From sequence record NC_070957.1: DNA of 64,000 bases, one strand, 5' to 3'. Below, one piece after another: positions 28,875-37,746 of this stretch (the stretch's first letter is position 1; each line of letters starts with the position of its first letter). The notes below the pieces were generated by a model that saw only the letters and a list, made by a program, of their open reading frames with translations, was not told the origin of the DNA and did not search any database. Both the position numbers and the translations under genes were made by a program.

Positions 28875-28906
28875 CGAGTAAACTCCTTAAACTGTATAGG
28901 TACGCT

Positions 28907-29461
28907 ATGATCATTAAATTAGGAGATAGCGAGCAGAAGATCGTATTCCTTCGGGAACAAGATCTCAAGCTCTTGAAGATGTTCAATCTCCAGCCTACTG
29001 ATCTTCCTACGCTTCCGGCGATTCGGGAAGTCAGTGATGAAGATTGTTTGAGTTGGCTTGAATTCCAACGTGCTGCTGAGAAGACACTGTTCGGATTTTC
29101 AAGTACAACTTATACCAATGCTGGTAACATTAAAAATCTGATGGGTGAACGGACCAACTCCGCACTCTTCAAAGCCAAGATGGACAAGGTCCTCGAAGCA
29201 ACCCCGGGTAAAGTAAAATATAATCATCTGTACGGGTATAACCTTAACGGAATGATGTTTGTACTGCTCACCAGTAATACTGTGGAGAGTACATGGTTCC
29301 GTGAATTGCCAGGTTCCCTGGCTAATGCAGTAATGCGTGTTTGCCTGGATACTGTGGGTAGCTTCGGGTTTTACTTTAAATCTGAACGCAATCTTTCTCA
29401 AACCACAGAACAGAAAGGCTACGTTACTGCGGGCACTATTCTGTCCAAAGTACTTGCGTGA
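28907..29461 (+). CDS. Virion protein upstream of the capsid gene (phiKZ gp119-like), 184 aa
   Basis: ORF track; position between helicase and capsid genes. Confidence 0.6.
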   Translation: MIIKLGDSEQKIVFLREQDLKLLKMFNLQPTDLPTLPAIREVSDEDCLSWLEFQRAAEKTLFGFSSTTYTNAGNIKNLMGERTNSALFKAKMDKVLEATPGKVKYNHLYGYNLNGMMFVLLTSNTVESTWFRELPGSLANAVMRVCLDTVGSFGFYFKSERNLSQTTEQKGYVTAGTILSKVLA

Positions 29462-29508
29462 TACTTTGTACAGTACGTGTGCATTAACTTCCATGCTATA
29501 TGTATGTT

Positions 29509-29517
29509 AATGTTATG
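29509..29517 (+). promoter_or_regulatory. Candidate late promoter of the capsid gene, AATGTTATG
   Basis: Identical 9-mer to 3978-3986; ~66 nt upstream of the capsid ATG. Confidence 0.5.
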
Positions 29518-29534
29518 CGTAGAAACCTTAACGC

Positions 29535-29552
29535 AAACAAATATATTTGTTT
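29535..29552. promoter_or_regulatory. Perfect 18-bp palindrome in the capsid leader
   Basis: AAACAAATATATTTGTTT. Confidence 0.55.
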
Positions 29553-29583
29553 TCGCTTCCAATGATCAAGGAATATTTGAACT

Positions 29584-31752
29584 ATGAGTATTGCATTCAC
29601 CACTCGTGGCGGCCAATCCGGTGCCGCACTGAAGGCCATCATCAACAACGTGTCCGGTATGACCATGGGTCAGGATGACGTCTGGGCCGGCATCGCTGGT
29701 ACCGAATCCCTGAGCACTGCCGTCAAAGCCCAACTGCCCGAAGTCGGTTTCAACCAGAAATCTGCCATGGGCTCCGTTGTTGACTCCATCAATGATGGTT
29801 CCTTCAACCAGCGTCTGAGCCAGATGGCTCAGGAAGTTCGGAACATGAACGGTTTCGAAACCTTCTCCCATTCCCTGGAACAAGGCGATGCTGCTCGTCA
29901 GAAAGCTGCAACCATCGACCTGAACGCCCGTGCCAACCGTCAGTGGGCCGGTGCCGAAGCTCTGTACAAGACCGTCGTGGTCGGCTACAAAGAAGAAGGT
30001 ATCTCCCTGCCGATCGACGTTGCCGGTGTTGGTGCCTACAACACTTCCGGTAACATGAACGAGTCCTGGGAAGATCTGCGTCCGATCGCTTCCGTCCTGG
30101 CTGACTCCAAGTTCAACCCGGGCGACGACCTGAAGCTGGTTCCGGTACTGCCGGAAGATCCGAAGAACGCCAACGCTGCTGCCTTCGTCGATCCGACCGT
30201 GTGGACTCCGTGGGACGTCGTGTACGACACCAACGACCTGCTGCGCCGTGAAGCGCACAAGACCAACTACCTGAAGCCCAGCAAGATTCAGAACCTCCTG
30301 AACCTGTGCCGTGCCCCGGGTGCTACTCCGTTCGAGCAGAACGACGAGATCGAATCCAACTCCATCCGTCTGGAAGACGTCCTGGTCACCCTGAAGACCG
30401 CCGGCGGCGAAGACGTGCTGAACCTGCACACCGGTAACATGAGTGGCAACACCATGCGTCCGAGCAACAGCACCACCTCCGACGAGAAGCGTCAGATGTC
30501 CTTCATCATCACCGGTGAGAACATCAAGAACTTCCTCGACAAGGACGAGAAGCCGACCGAACTGTTCAAGGGCCTGACCGATCTGGGTTACAGCGTACAC
30601 CTGGGCTTCGACATCGTTGCCACCTATCAGCGTGCTACCAAAGCCTGGACTCCGACCATCAGCGGCGTAAGCATCGCTTACCTGATCAGCAAAGACGGCG
30701 AGAAAGTCATCCCGGGCACTCCTGGCATGCCGGAAGCCACCCAGGCTCTGATCGACGCTCTGAAGTTCGAAGGTGACATCACCGGTCTGCACATGACCAT
30801 GAACCACAACAACGTCAACCGTAGCCGTTACGGTACCACCGTTGTTTACGGTACTGTCAACAAGTTCTACAACGTTCAACGCCGTACTCCGATCTCCGTC
30901 AAGTACCCGATGAACGATCAGGACAACAACGCTGACATCCTGGCCCGCCTGGTCAAAGACATGAACACCATGGTCACCCGCAACATGACCCATGATGCGT
31001 TCAAGGCTGCCAACAAGCACTTCGACTACGTCTACGCCAACCACGGTGCCAAGATCGTCAACATCAACGACGATTCCAGCGCTGTTATGCCGGGTCAGCA
31101 CTTCCTGACCACTACCGGTATCAAGGGTAGCATGGACCTGATCAAGGAAGTTTCCACTCTGGACTCCAAAGACACTCGCGAGAACATCTCCGAAGCTCTG
31201 GTATCCAAGCTGTGGGACGTCATCACCGCGATGCGCGTTTCTTCCAACACCGCAGCCCTGAAAGAGCTGGACGGCCGTGACGAGAGCTACACTGTTGTTG
31301 CTCACTCCTCCCTGGCTCCGTTCCTGCTGACCCAAGGTGACTACCGTACCTTCGGTGCGAACATCAAGTTCAACATCGTAGAAACCAACGTCGACTCCGA
31401 AATCGGTCGTATGTGGGTGGTTCCGACCTCCCTGACTACCGACAACGAAATCGACCTGTTCGGTGGTATCGGTATCTGTGTTGCCAAGGACCTGCTGGTT
31501 GTTGAAGGTCAGGTACAACAGTCCGACCGTCAGTACCGCATGATCATCACCCAGCCTGCCTACCAGCACCACAGCCTGTGCCCGGTCATCGGTCTGGTTG
31601 AAGTTGCCGACATGGACAAGCTCCTGGGCGACGAAGGTCTGATCACTGCCGTGAACAAGCACCTGGCCAAGATCAGTGGTTCCATCGAAACCACCGGCAC
31701 TGGCACTGGTACTACTACCGGTAAAGAACTGCCGATCGTTAAAGTACCGTAA
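29584..31752 (+). CDS. Major capsid protein precursor (phiKZ gp120-like), 722 aa
   Basis: Size, extreme codon bias, propeptide with AGTE41, NGFE92 and AGAE125 sites, position between helicase and RNAP subunit, strong terminator. Confidence 0.9.
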   Translation: MSIAFTTRGGQSGAALKAIINNVSGMTMGQDDVWAGIAGTESLSTAVKAQLPEVGFNQKSAMGSVVDSINDGSFNQRLSQMAQEVRNMNGFETFSHSLEQGDAARQKAATIDLNARANRQWAGAEALYKTVVVGYKEEGISLPIDVAGVGAYNTSGNMNESWEDLRPIASVLADSKFNPGDDLKLVPVLPEDPKNANAAAFVDPTVWTPWDVVYDTNDLLRREAHKTNYLKPSKIQNLLNLCRAPGATPFEQNDEIESNSIRLEDVLVTLKTAGGEDVLNLHTGNMSGNTMRPSNSTTSDEKRQMSFIITGENIKNFLDKDEKPTELFKGLTDLGYSVHLGFDIVATYQRATKAWTPTISGVSIAYLISKDGEKVIPGTPGMPEATQALIDALKFEGDITGLHMTMNHNNVNRSRYGTTVVYGTVNKFYNVQRRTPISVKYPMNDQDNNADILARLVKDMNTMVTRNMTHDAFKAANKHFDYVYANHGAKIVNINDDSSAVMPGQHFLTTTGIKGSMDLIKEVSTLDSKDTRENISEALVSKLWDVITAMRVSSNTAALKELDGRDESYTVVAHSSLAPFLLTQGDYRTFGANIKFNIVETNVDSEIGRMWVVPTSLTTDNEIDLFGGIGICVAKDLLVVEGQVQQSDRQYRMIITQPAYQHHSLCPVIGLVEVADMDKLLGDEGLITAVNKHLAKISGSIETTGTGTGTTTGKELPIVKVP

Positions 31753-31774
31753 TAGGTACTAAGCTAAACGAACT

Positions 31775-31814
31775 AACCTCAGGAGTCCTTCGGGGCTCCT
31801 GAGGTTTTTCTTTT
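31775..31814 (+). terminator. Intrinsic terminator of the capsid gene
   Basis: AACCTCAGGAGTCC-TTCG-GGGCTCCTGAGGTT-TTTCTTTT. Confidence 0.9.
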
Positions 31815-31846
31815 GTTCTGTCTTCATTTATTTACCTCCATACTTT

Positions 31847-31862
31847 TTGAAACAGATATTAT
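31847..31862 (+). promoter_or_regulatory. Candidate early promoter of the RNAP-subunit operon
   Basis: TTGAAACAGATATTAT; near copy of 1897-1912. Confidence 0.4.
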
Positions 31863-31912
31863 CACTGTGTATTGTATCTGGAAAATCCCTTTCAGATAAG
31901 GAGGTAATAATA

Positions 31913-33091
31913 ATGGCACCGACTATGGCGCTACCCCAATATGAGGGTGAGCGTTACTATAAGTCGGGAATCAATGTATCAATGAGATGTCATAAACCTG
32001 GCTTCCTCGTTGATTGTTTTGGAGCGCTGGTTGAATTGCCGGCATCGACAGATAGCGCTTTTGGTAACCGACCCGGTAACGAGTACGGTATTGCCATAGA
32101 GAGCTACTCTCTTTCCAGGTTCCCTGACTTGACGTTCTATCGTTCAGTTGAACGAGAAGGCGATCATGGCTTGACCAATGAATTGAGAAAGATGAATGAG
32201 AACCGTAAACTGGAAGGTCATCCTTTCGGTGGGGTACGAGTTCCTAACTCTCACTTCACAGTCGAGAACGGCATAAAACAACAAGGTATGACCGACGTAT
32301 TAATGACGGCCAGACCTAAAGAGATGGAAGTCTACTTCCACAAGTACGACCCTGACACTGTCAAGGAAGTACACCATAACCGAACAGGACACTACGTTGT
32401 AGGGTTCGATCGTGATGCAGTTATAACTGCGGCTATCAATGCAGGATATATCCAGCAGGCACCCGGGACAGTTGACGCTTCCCTCATGCCAACCGAAGGC
32501 CGAATGATTATTACGGATGATCTGCCAGGGTCTCCGATGACAGTTACTCTGTTCATGAAAGATACTACAGGTAGGTTCTCGAACCTGTGGCACACTGCTG
32601 CCGGACGTTCGGTTATTGTTCCTAATCTGAAAGACTACAATGGAGCCGACGGGCTTTACGTAGTTATTAATAGCAATCGTAAACAAGTCATCAATGACTT
32701 TGTACCATTCACCATTGGAGTGGACACGGTTGATATTGAAAAAGACCTTATGAAGTTTGAAGTCTATTCTTCTGAGGCTGCTATGTCTAGCACCATGACT
32801 CCTAAGCAGGTTGCCGATCTTGAAAAAGCTCGTGAACAACTTAAAGCTGAGTTGGAAAAGGCAAAGAAAGAGTTGGATAAGAAGGAAGAAGAGATCAGGA
32901 GGCTCACTGATGAGCTGAATGAGGTCAAACGTTTACGTGTTCGCGACCGTGAAGGGTTTGATGACGTGAAATCCGACTTGAAGAAGAATACTAAGCTCGA
33001 CTGGTTCAAGACTGGGATGTCTACCTTCGGGATGGAAATAAAGAAAACGCTATACTGGATGGCGAAGCTGGCCATGACAGTCTTTATCTAA
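31913..33091 (+). CDS. Conserved-position hypothetical protein (phiKZ gp122-like), 392 aa, C-terminal coiled coil
   Basis: SD AAGGAGGT before ATG 31913 (preferred over TTG 31847). Confidence 0.65.
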   Translation: MAPTMALPQYEGERYYKSGINVSMRCHKPGFLVDCFGALVELPASTDSAFGNRPGNEYGIAIESYSLSRFPDLTFYRSVEREGDHGLTNELRKMNENRKLEGHPFGGVRVPNSHFTVENGIKQQGMTDVLMTARPKEMEVYFHKYDPDTVKEVHHNRTGHYVVGFDRDAVITAAINAGYIQQAPGTVDASLMPTEGRMIITDDLPGSPMTVTLFMKDTTGRFSNLWHTAAGRSVIVPNLKDYNGADGLYVVINSNRKQVINDFVPFTIGVDTVDIEKDLMKFEVYSSEAAMSSTMTPKQVADLEKAREQLKAELEKAKKELDKKEEEIRRLTDELNEVKRLRVRDREGFDDVKSDLKKNTKLDWFKTGMSTFGMEIKKTLYWMAKLAMTVFI

Positions 33092-33113
33092 AACAAACCT
33101 GTAGGAGGGTTTA

Positions 33114-34841
33114 ATGGATCCGCAATTGCTGAAACTTTCGCGTAATGCCTTTAACCAAGATCTGGTTGACGGGATTCACATGAAGCAACTGAACGGTAGT
33201 GGTTTGAATTACCTGGAAGATTGTTTCAGAACGATCTTGAAACCGCTTGCCGCAAAAGGCTACGTATTTGAAGGACTCGAGCGGGTCGACCCAATAGACT
33301 TCTACAACGCTATCACCCGTCCTGGTTCTGCGACCGGTGGCGGTAGTAGTGGTACAAAGGAGTTTGAGATCGCTAAGAACTCGTTCATTGGTGTCAGGAT
33401 GAAGAACCACTTCATCGATCCCAAGACAGGTCAGCGTGAAGCACTTAAAGAGCCTTTGTTCTTTATTGCATACACCAACCGTCATGGTGATGTCTACACA
33501 CGGAACAGTTTGTACGGGATGCAGTATGTCCTGGCCGAACGTGGACCGTCAGTGGATGGTGCCAGAGAAAAACGAGTCTTTGTACGGGTAACTGGTTATA
33601 AGTTCAACGTTACTCGTGAGCTCCATACGTTCTCAAGACTTCATCTGACAGAACGTGGACTTCACAGTAGCTCCACCAACGTAACACTTCCTGCAAACCG
33701 GTTCTATGCTGCAAAGCAAGATCGTAGTCTGAAGAACCGTAAGAAAGTTCCGATTCCGCTGTTGTCCTGGTACCTGTTCGGTAAGTACGGGTTCAGTCAC
33801 TGCATGTCGGAATTTGCAGAGTGTGAATACATTCTCGATACCACCGACTCCCTGGTAGAACGTTGCCGAGGGGAAGATGGTTGGGAGATCTATGAAAACA
33901 ACGGAACAGTCAATCCGAAGGTAATGCCGCGTCCTCGCGGTGCAGAGCGTCAAGAATATGAACCGGCAATCGCTATCCGCAACAAGCGTGGTGGCGAGGT
34001 GAGTAACCTGGCGTTGCAATATGTCGGCGGACTGCTGTTCATGCTGAGTGTGTTCCCGTACGAATCGGACATCGGTGCAATTGATGAAATCGATTACTGG
34101 CGTTACATTGTAGGTCGTTGTTCAATCAACCTCCCTGCAAACGCCAAGAAAGATGACTACCTCTGCCAGATGGACGAGCATTTCACTTCGGTGGAGGAGT
34201 ACTTCGATGACCACACGCTCAACCGTTATGCAAGCGTCGGTATCCAGGTGAAGGACACTTACGAGTTCCTGAACTATTTGATGACCGATTACTCCAACCT
34301 GATCAAAACCTATGATCCGGCAAACATGCTCCACAAAGAGCTGTCGTCCATGGAATTCCTCATGGATAACATGATTGAGGTTGCCAACAACTTCAAGTAC
34401 CGGATTAAGAACAAGGCAAACATTGCCCCGCGTTACATCAACCGAGAACTGGACACCCATTTCAGGCTGTTCAATATCGACAAGAGTATTCGCGAGAACA
34501 ACGTTTGTTTAGAACAAACCGGGACCGACAACCCGTTCATCGATTATGGCCTGGGTATTATACTCCAGACCAGAGCATCCGTAGGCCGTGCCGCCGGACG
34601 CAAAGGTGACGATTTCGATCCCAACCACCCCGGAAGCGTTATACACGAAAGTCAACCTTTTGTGTGCAGTTATCAGTGTGCTTCCAAGCCGTCACCAGAC
34701 GCGAGGGGTATGCTGCATCCGCGAGTCTTCCTGCAAGGTGGAAAGTATACAGCCCTTCGACCCGAACATCGTGAACTCTATGAGCACGTTCGTCGGCGTC
34801 TGAATCAACGACAGCATACAAACGAGGCACACAATGAATAA
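33114..34841 (+). CDS. Non-virion RNA polymerase beta-type subunit (phiKZ gp123-like), 575 aa
   Basis: SD AGGAGG; size, position two genes after the capsid gene, C-terminal EQTGTDNPF...FVCSY...PSP..G.LHP region resembling beta-subunit conserved segments. Confidence 0.8.
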   Translation: MDPQLLKLSRNAFNQDLVDGIHMKQLNGSGLNYLEDCFRTILKPLAAKGYVFEGLERVDPIDFYNAITRPGSATGGGSSGTKEFEIAKNSFIGVRMKNHFIDPKTGQREALKEPLFFIAYTNRHGDVYTRNSLYGMQYVLAERGPSVDGAREKRVFVRVTGYKFNVTRELHTFSRLHLTERGLHSSSTNVTLPANRFYAAKQDRSLKNRKKVPIPLLSWYLFGKYGFSHCMSEFAECEYILDTTDSLVERCRGEDGWEIYENNGTVNPKVMPRPRGAERQEYEPAIAIRNKRGGEVSNLALQYVGGLLFMLSVFPYESDIGAIDEIDYWRYIVGRCSINLPANAKKDDYLCQMDEHFTSVEEYFDDHTLNRYASVGIQVKDTYEFLNYLMTDYSNLIKTYDPANMLHKELSSMEFLMDNMIEVANNFKYRIKNKANIAPRYINRELDTHFRLFNIDKSIRENNVCLEQTGTDNPFIDYGLGIILQTRASVGRAAGRKGDDFDPNHPGSVIHESQPFVCSYQCASKPSPDARGMLHPRVFLQGGKYTALRPEHRELYEHVRRRLNQRQHTNEAHNE

Positions 34842-37503
34842 CCAACGTCCTGGTAGCGCAATGAACGACTGGAACACCCCACGCCCTCAAGGCGGCGGTG
34901 GTCAGCAACCAATGCAAGGTCAACGTCCTATGATGGGCGGTCGTACCAACCCCAATGCTCCTGCAATGCAAGGTAACACTATGCAAGGCGGTCAACCCAT
35001 GCAACCGCAGCAACCTATGCAACGCACTCCGCTCACCATGCTTTCTGGCATGTTGAGTAACTTTGGCGCAGGTCGGAACCAATCCAACCTGTACGCACCC
35101 GCTGGTGCTTCCCAACAACCAACTCAAATCAGTCCCGGGATGGACGCCACAATTAACGGAACTGAGGAGCAGCAGCGCTTTGATGCACACTGCCTGCAAA
35201 ACACTTCCGTTGTTGTCGGTAACCTTCTCCAGGTCTTCGCTCGTCGGTCAACTCAGACTGACGGTGGGATGGCGTTCAAACGCGCTATAGATCTCTTTGG
35301 TGTTAGTAAAAGTGGTGCCGGTATCAACACCGTTAACCATAGCTACATCGATGAGTTCAAAGGCGTTGTCCAGGGTACACAAAACACTTACTTTTCATTC
35401 GTAGGTCGTGCGTGTACCCTTATCGCAATTCGTCTCTATGTCTACAAGCGCGAGCACCAAGGCATGGATCCGGATAACAACACTATGGGTGCACTGATCA
35501 TTCGTGCAACCACAGATGCGATGGCATTCGACTTCTTGGCTTGGCTTGAACAATCCAAGAAAGCAATGTATGTTGTTGAACAACTGGATCACGAACTTCG
35601 TAACCAGATCCGTGAACTCCCCAATGTTTGGGATATCTATATCTCTAACGGCGGGGCGTTCCTCCAAGCTAACAATGGTGATATGCCATGGCGACGTGAT
35701 CCCATCACTGAGTACATGAACAATAACACCGCTCCTAACCCGATGTTTGAAAACCTGCTGTTTGACGGCATGTCTGATAACGTCAAGGCTCGTCTCCAGG
35801 GGCTGAATCCTTCTGATCTTTGTTTCGGTCAAGGCAACCCTATGGATGCGGCTTTGTGGGAACAGATGACTGGTACTCCGTATCATGATCATCTCCCGGT
35901 TCAGTTCCAACACTACACCCCACCTAGCGCAGAACAACGTGCCAGGGCTGCTGCTCAACAGCCGCAGCAAACCCAACAACCTCAGCAACAACAACGTGCA
36001 TGGCCTCCCGCTCCGACTCCGTCTGATCCGGATGAGTACATGCCGTATTCCGCTGTGCTGATGTACGATACCCCGAAACCCACCGAGTCCCAACAACCTG
36101 AAGCTCCACAGCAACAGGCAGAACCGGCTCCTCAACAATCCGTCCAAACCAAACGTGCTTTTAGTGAGTATACTTACGAAACACGTAATGAGTTCCGGAT
36201 GGAAGATTATTTCATCGTTTTGAAAGATGGTTGGATGTCAGGCCAAGTGGAAGATGTAATGCATCTGCTTGGGACAACCCCGTCTAACGAAACCAACGGC
36301 ACAATTCCTACCCCAGATATGTTCGAGTCTGCTAACGGTGCAATGTTCACTGCGTTCCGGCTCGATGAGAAGGGGTATACCAATTGGAGGCGAGTAGTCC
36401 CAACCATGTTCAGTACAGCTGATGTGCACCGTATGGTGCTGACCGACCCCGAGAAGTATCTCCCTGAACTCTGGGAGAAAGACGGCGTGACTCATTCCAG
36501 CTTTGAAGCTCGGATGGAAACCGTTGTTCAACGTCTCCGTGACGGTGTTGTAATTCCGATGGGGGAAATGAAACCCCTGGAAGAAGAACCGAACATGATG
36601 GCCAGCGACGCCCCTATGTTCGACCATGACCTCAATAACGTTTGTAAGCGTATCGAGGTTGTCACCAATGCAGTTGACCCGGAAAGTAAATTGGATGCGT
36701 TCGTTGCACCTGTTGTGATGAATGACCAGTTCGTTCTGGAAGATGACTGTCCTGCTCAAGAAGTGTATGAGAAGTTCGGTGCGATCATCAAAGGTTCCGA
36801 TATCAGTCGGTTCGAGTCCAGTGTGGATTTCTTGAACGAGATCGCTCTGGCAGTTGCTGACTGCAATGACAGTACCTTTGCCAGCGTGGTTCGTGATAAC
36901 GTAACGAACGTGATCAACCGTTGGTTGGTAGAAGAGCGTGGTTATTCAGCGGTTCCGGTTCCGGAAGGTTCCGGTCGTTCCCACCTGGTCCTGGCAGACT
37001 ACATCAATGACTCCCAGAAACTGGCAGACATGATGAAGAATGATCCTGACACCGGTCGTGCTCTCCTTCAACTTGATCGTAACGGGTTCTTGGTGAACAA
37101 CATCCAAAACCTCCTCCCGCTCGCCGAGGCTAAAAAGCACTTTGCCCGTGGTAAGGACATGGATAACTTTGAATCTGTTCTTGAAGTAGAGAACGCTCTC
37201 AAAACAACTATTGTCTTTAGCCGTGACTACGTTATGGTTAAAATGGACAATGACATCGGTCCCCGTATTAACGGTGTGGTTGTTTCTAAGGTATCTGAAG
37301 ATCCTCGGTTCCACGAAATCATCAAGACTGCCATAGAACAAGGTAAGAAGCATTTCAAAACTGTTCCCGTGATTGTAGTACATTACGGAAACCCGAAAGA
37401 CTGCGCCCCTCGCGTGGTGACTGCTTCTGCTTTCGATCAGAGTGTGATGCGAACCCGTGCTATGCTCGGCGGGCATTTCTCGTTCTGTAATGTCGCTTCT
37501 TAA
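34834..37503 (+). CDS. Large protein with Gln/Pro/Met low-complexity regions, 889 aa
   Basis: 8-nt overlap with the RNAP subunit; SD GAGG; two obvious low-complexity tracts. Confidence 0.75.
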   Translation: MNNQRPGSAMNDWNTPRPQGGGGQQPMQGQRPMMGGRTNPNAPAMQGNTMQGGQPMQPQQPMQRTPLTMLSGMLSNFGAGRNQSNLYAPAGASQQPTQISPGMDATINGTEEQQRFDAHCLQNTSVVVGNLLQVFARRSTQTDGGMAFKRAIDLFGVSKSGAGINTVNHSYIDEFKGVVQGTQNTYFSFVGRACTLIAIRLYVYKREHQGMDPDNNTMGALIIRATTDAMAFDFLAWLEQSKKAMYVVEQLDHELRNQIRELPNVWDIYISNGGAFLQANNGDMPWRRDPITEYMNNNTAPNPMFENLLFDGMSDNVKARLQGLNPSDLCFGQGNPMDAALWEQMTGTPYHDHLPVQFQHYTPPSAEQRARAAAQQPQQTQQPQQQQRAWPPAPTPSDPDEYMPYSAVLMYDTPKPTESQQPEAPQQQAEPAPQQSVQTKRAFSEYTYETRNEFRMEDYFIVLKDGWMSGQVEDVMHLLGTTPSNETNGTIPTPDMFESANGAMFTAFRLDEKGYTNWRRVVPTMFSTADVHRMVLTDPEKYLPELWEKDGVTHSSFEARMETVVQRLRDGVVIPMGEMKPLEEEPNMMASDAPMFDHDLNNVCKRIEVVTNAVDPESKLDAFVAPVVMNDQFVLEDDCPAQEVYEKFGAIIKGSDISRFESSVDFLNEIALAVADCNDSTFASVVRDNVTNVINRWLVEERGYSAVPVPEGSGRSHLVLADYINDSQKLADMMKNDPDTGRALLQLDRNGFLVNNIQNLLPLAEAKKHFARGKDMDNFESVLEVENALKTTIVFSRDYVMVKMDNDIGPRINGVVVSKVSEDPRFHEIIKTAIEQGKKHFKTVPVIVVHYGNPKDCAPRVVTASAFDQSVMRTRAMLGGHFSFCNVAS

Positions 37504-37530
37504 CGACATGTAATAACCTGGCTTATATAA

Positions 37531-37558
37531 GGTCGCTCTGGGGAAACCCAGGGCGGCC
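37531..37558 (+). terminator. Stem-loop with GAAA tetraloop, possible terminator
   Basis: GGTCGCTCTGGG-GAAA-CCCAGGGCGGCC; no clear U-tract. Confidence 0.55.
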
Positions 37559-37672
37559 TATAAGCTTGTGTGCGCTTATTAGAGCGCTTTCTATATGTAA
37601 TGTGACACATTGCTTACGTTATCTATAGAAAACGTTTTAACGTTGATACAGTAAGTTTAAGATACATAGAAA

Positions 37673-37688
37673 GTTAGACATATATTAT
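37673..37688 (+). promoter_or_regulatory. Candidate early promoter
   Basis: GTTAGACATATATTAT; TATATTAT is one mismatch from the phiKZ early consensus TATATTAC; AT-rich context. Confidence 0.45.
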
Positions 37689-37746
37689 TTACGTGTACAC
37701 ATATCAATGTGTTCTTTATTTAACCACACTCCACAAGGTAACAATC

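Noticed and set aside
29566-31662. 698-aa minus-strand ORF opposite the capsid gene
   Set aside because: Antisense shadow of strong codon bias (few TTA/CTA/TCA codons in the sense frame); no SD or family motif
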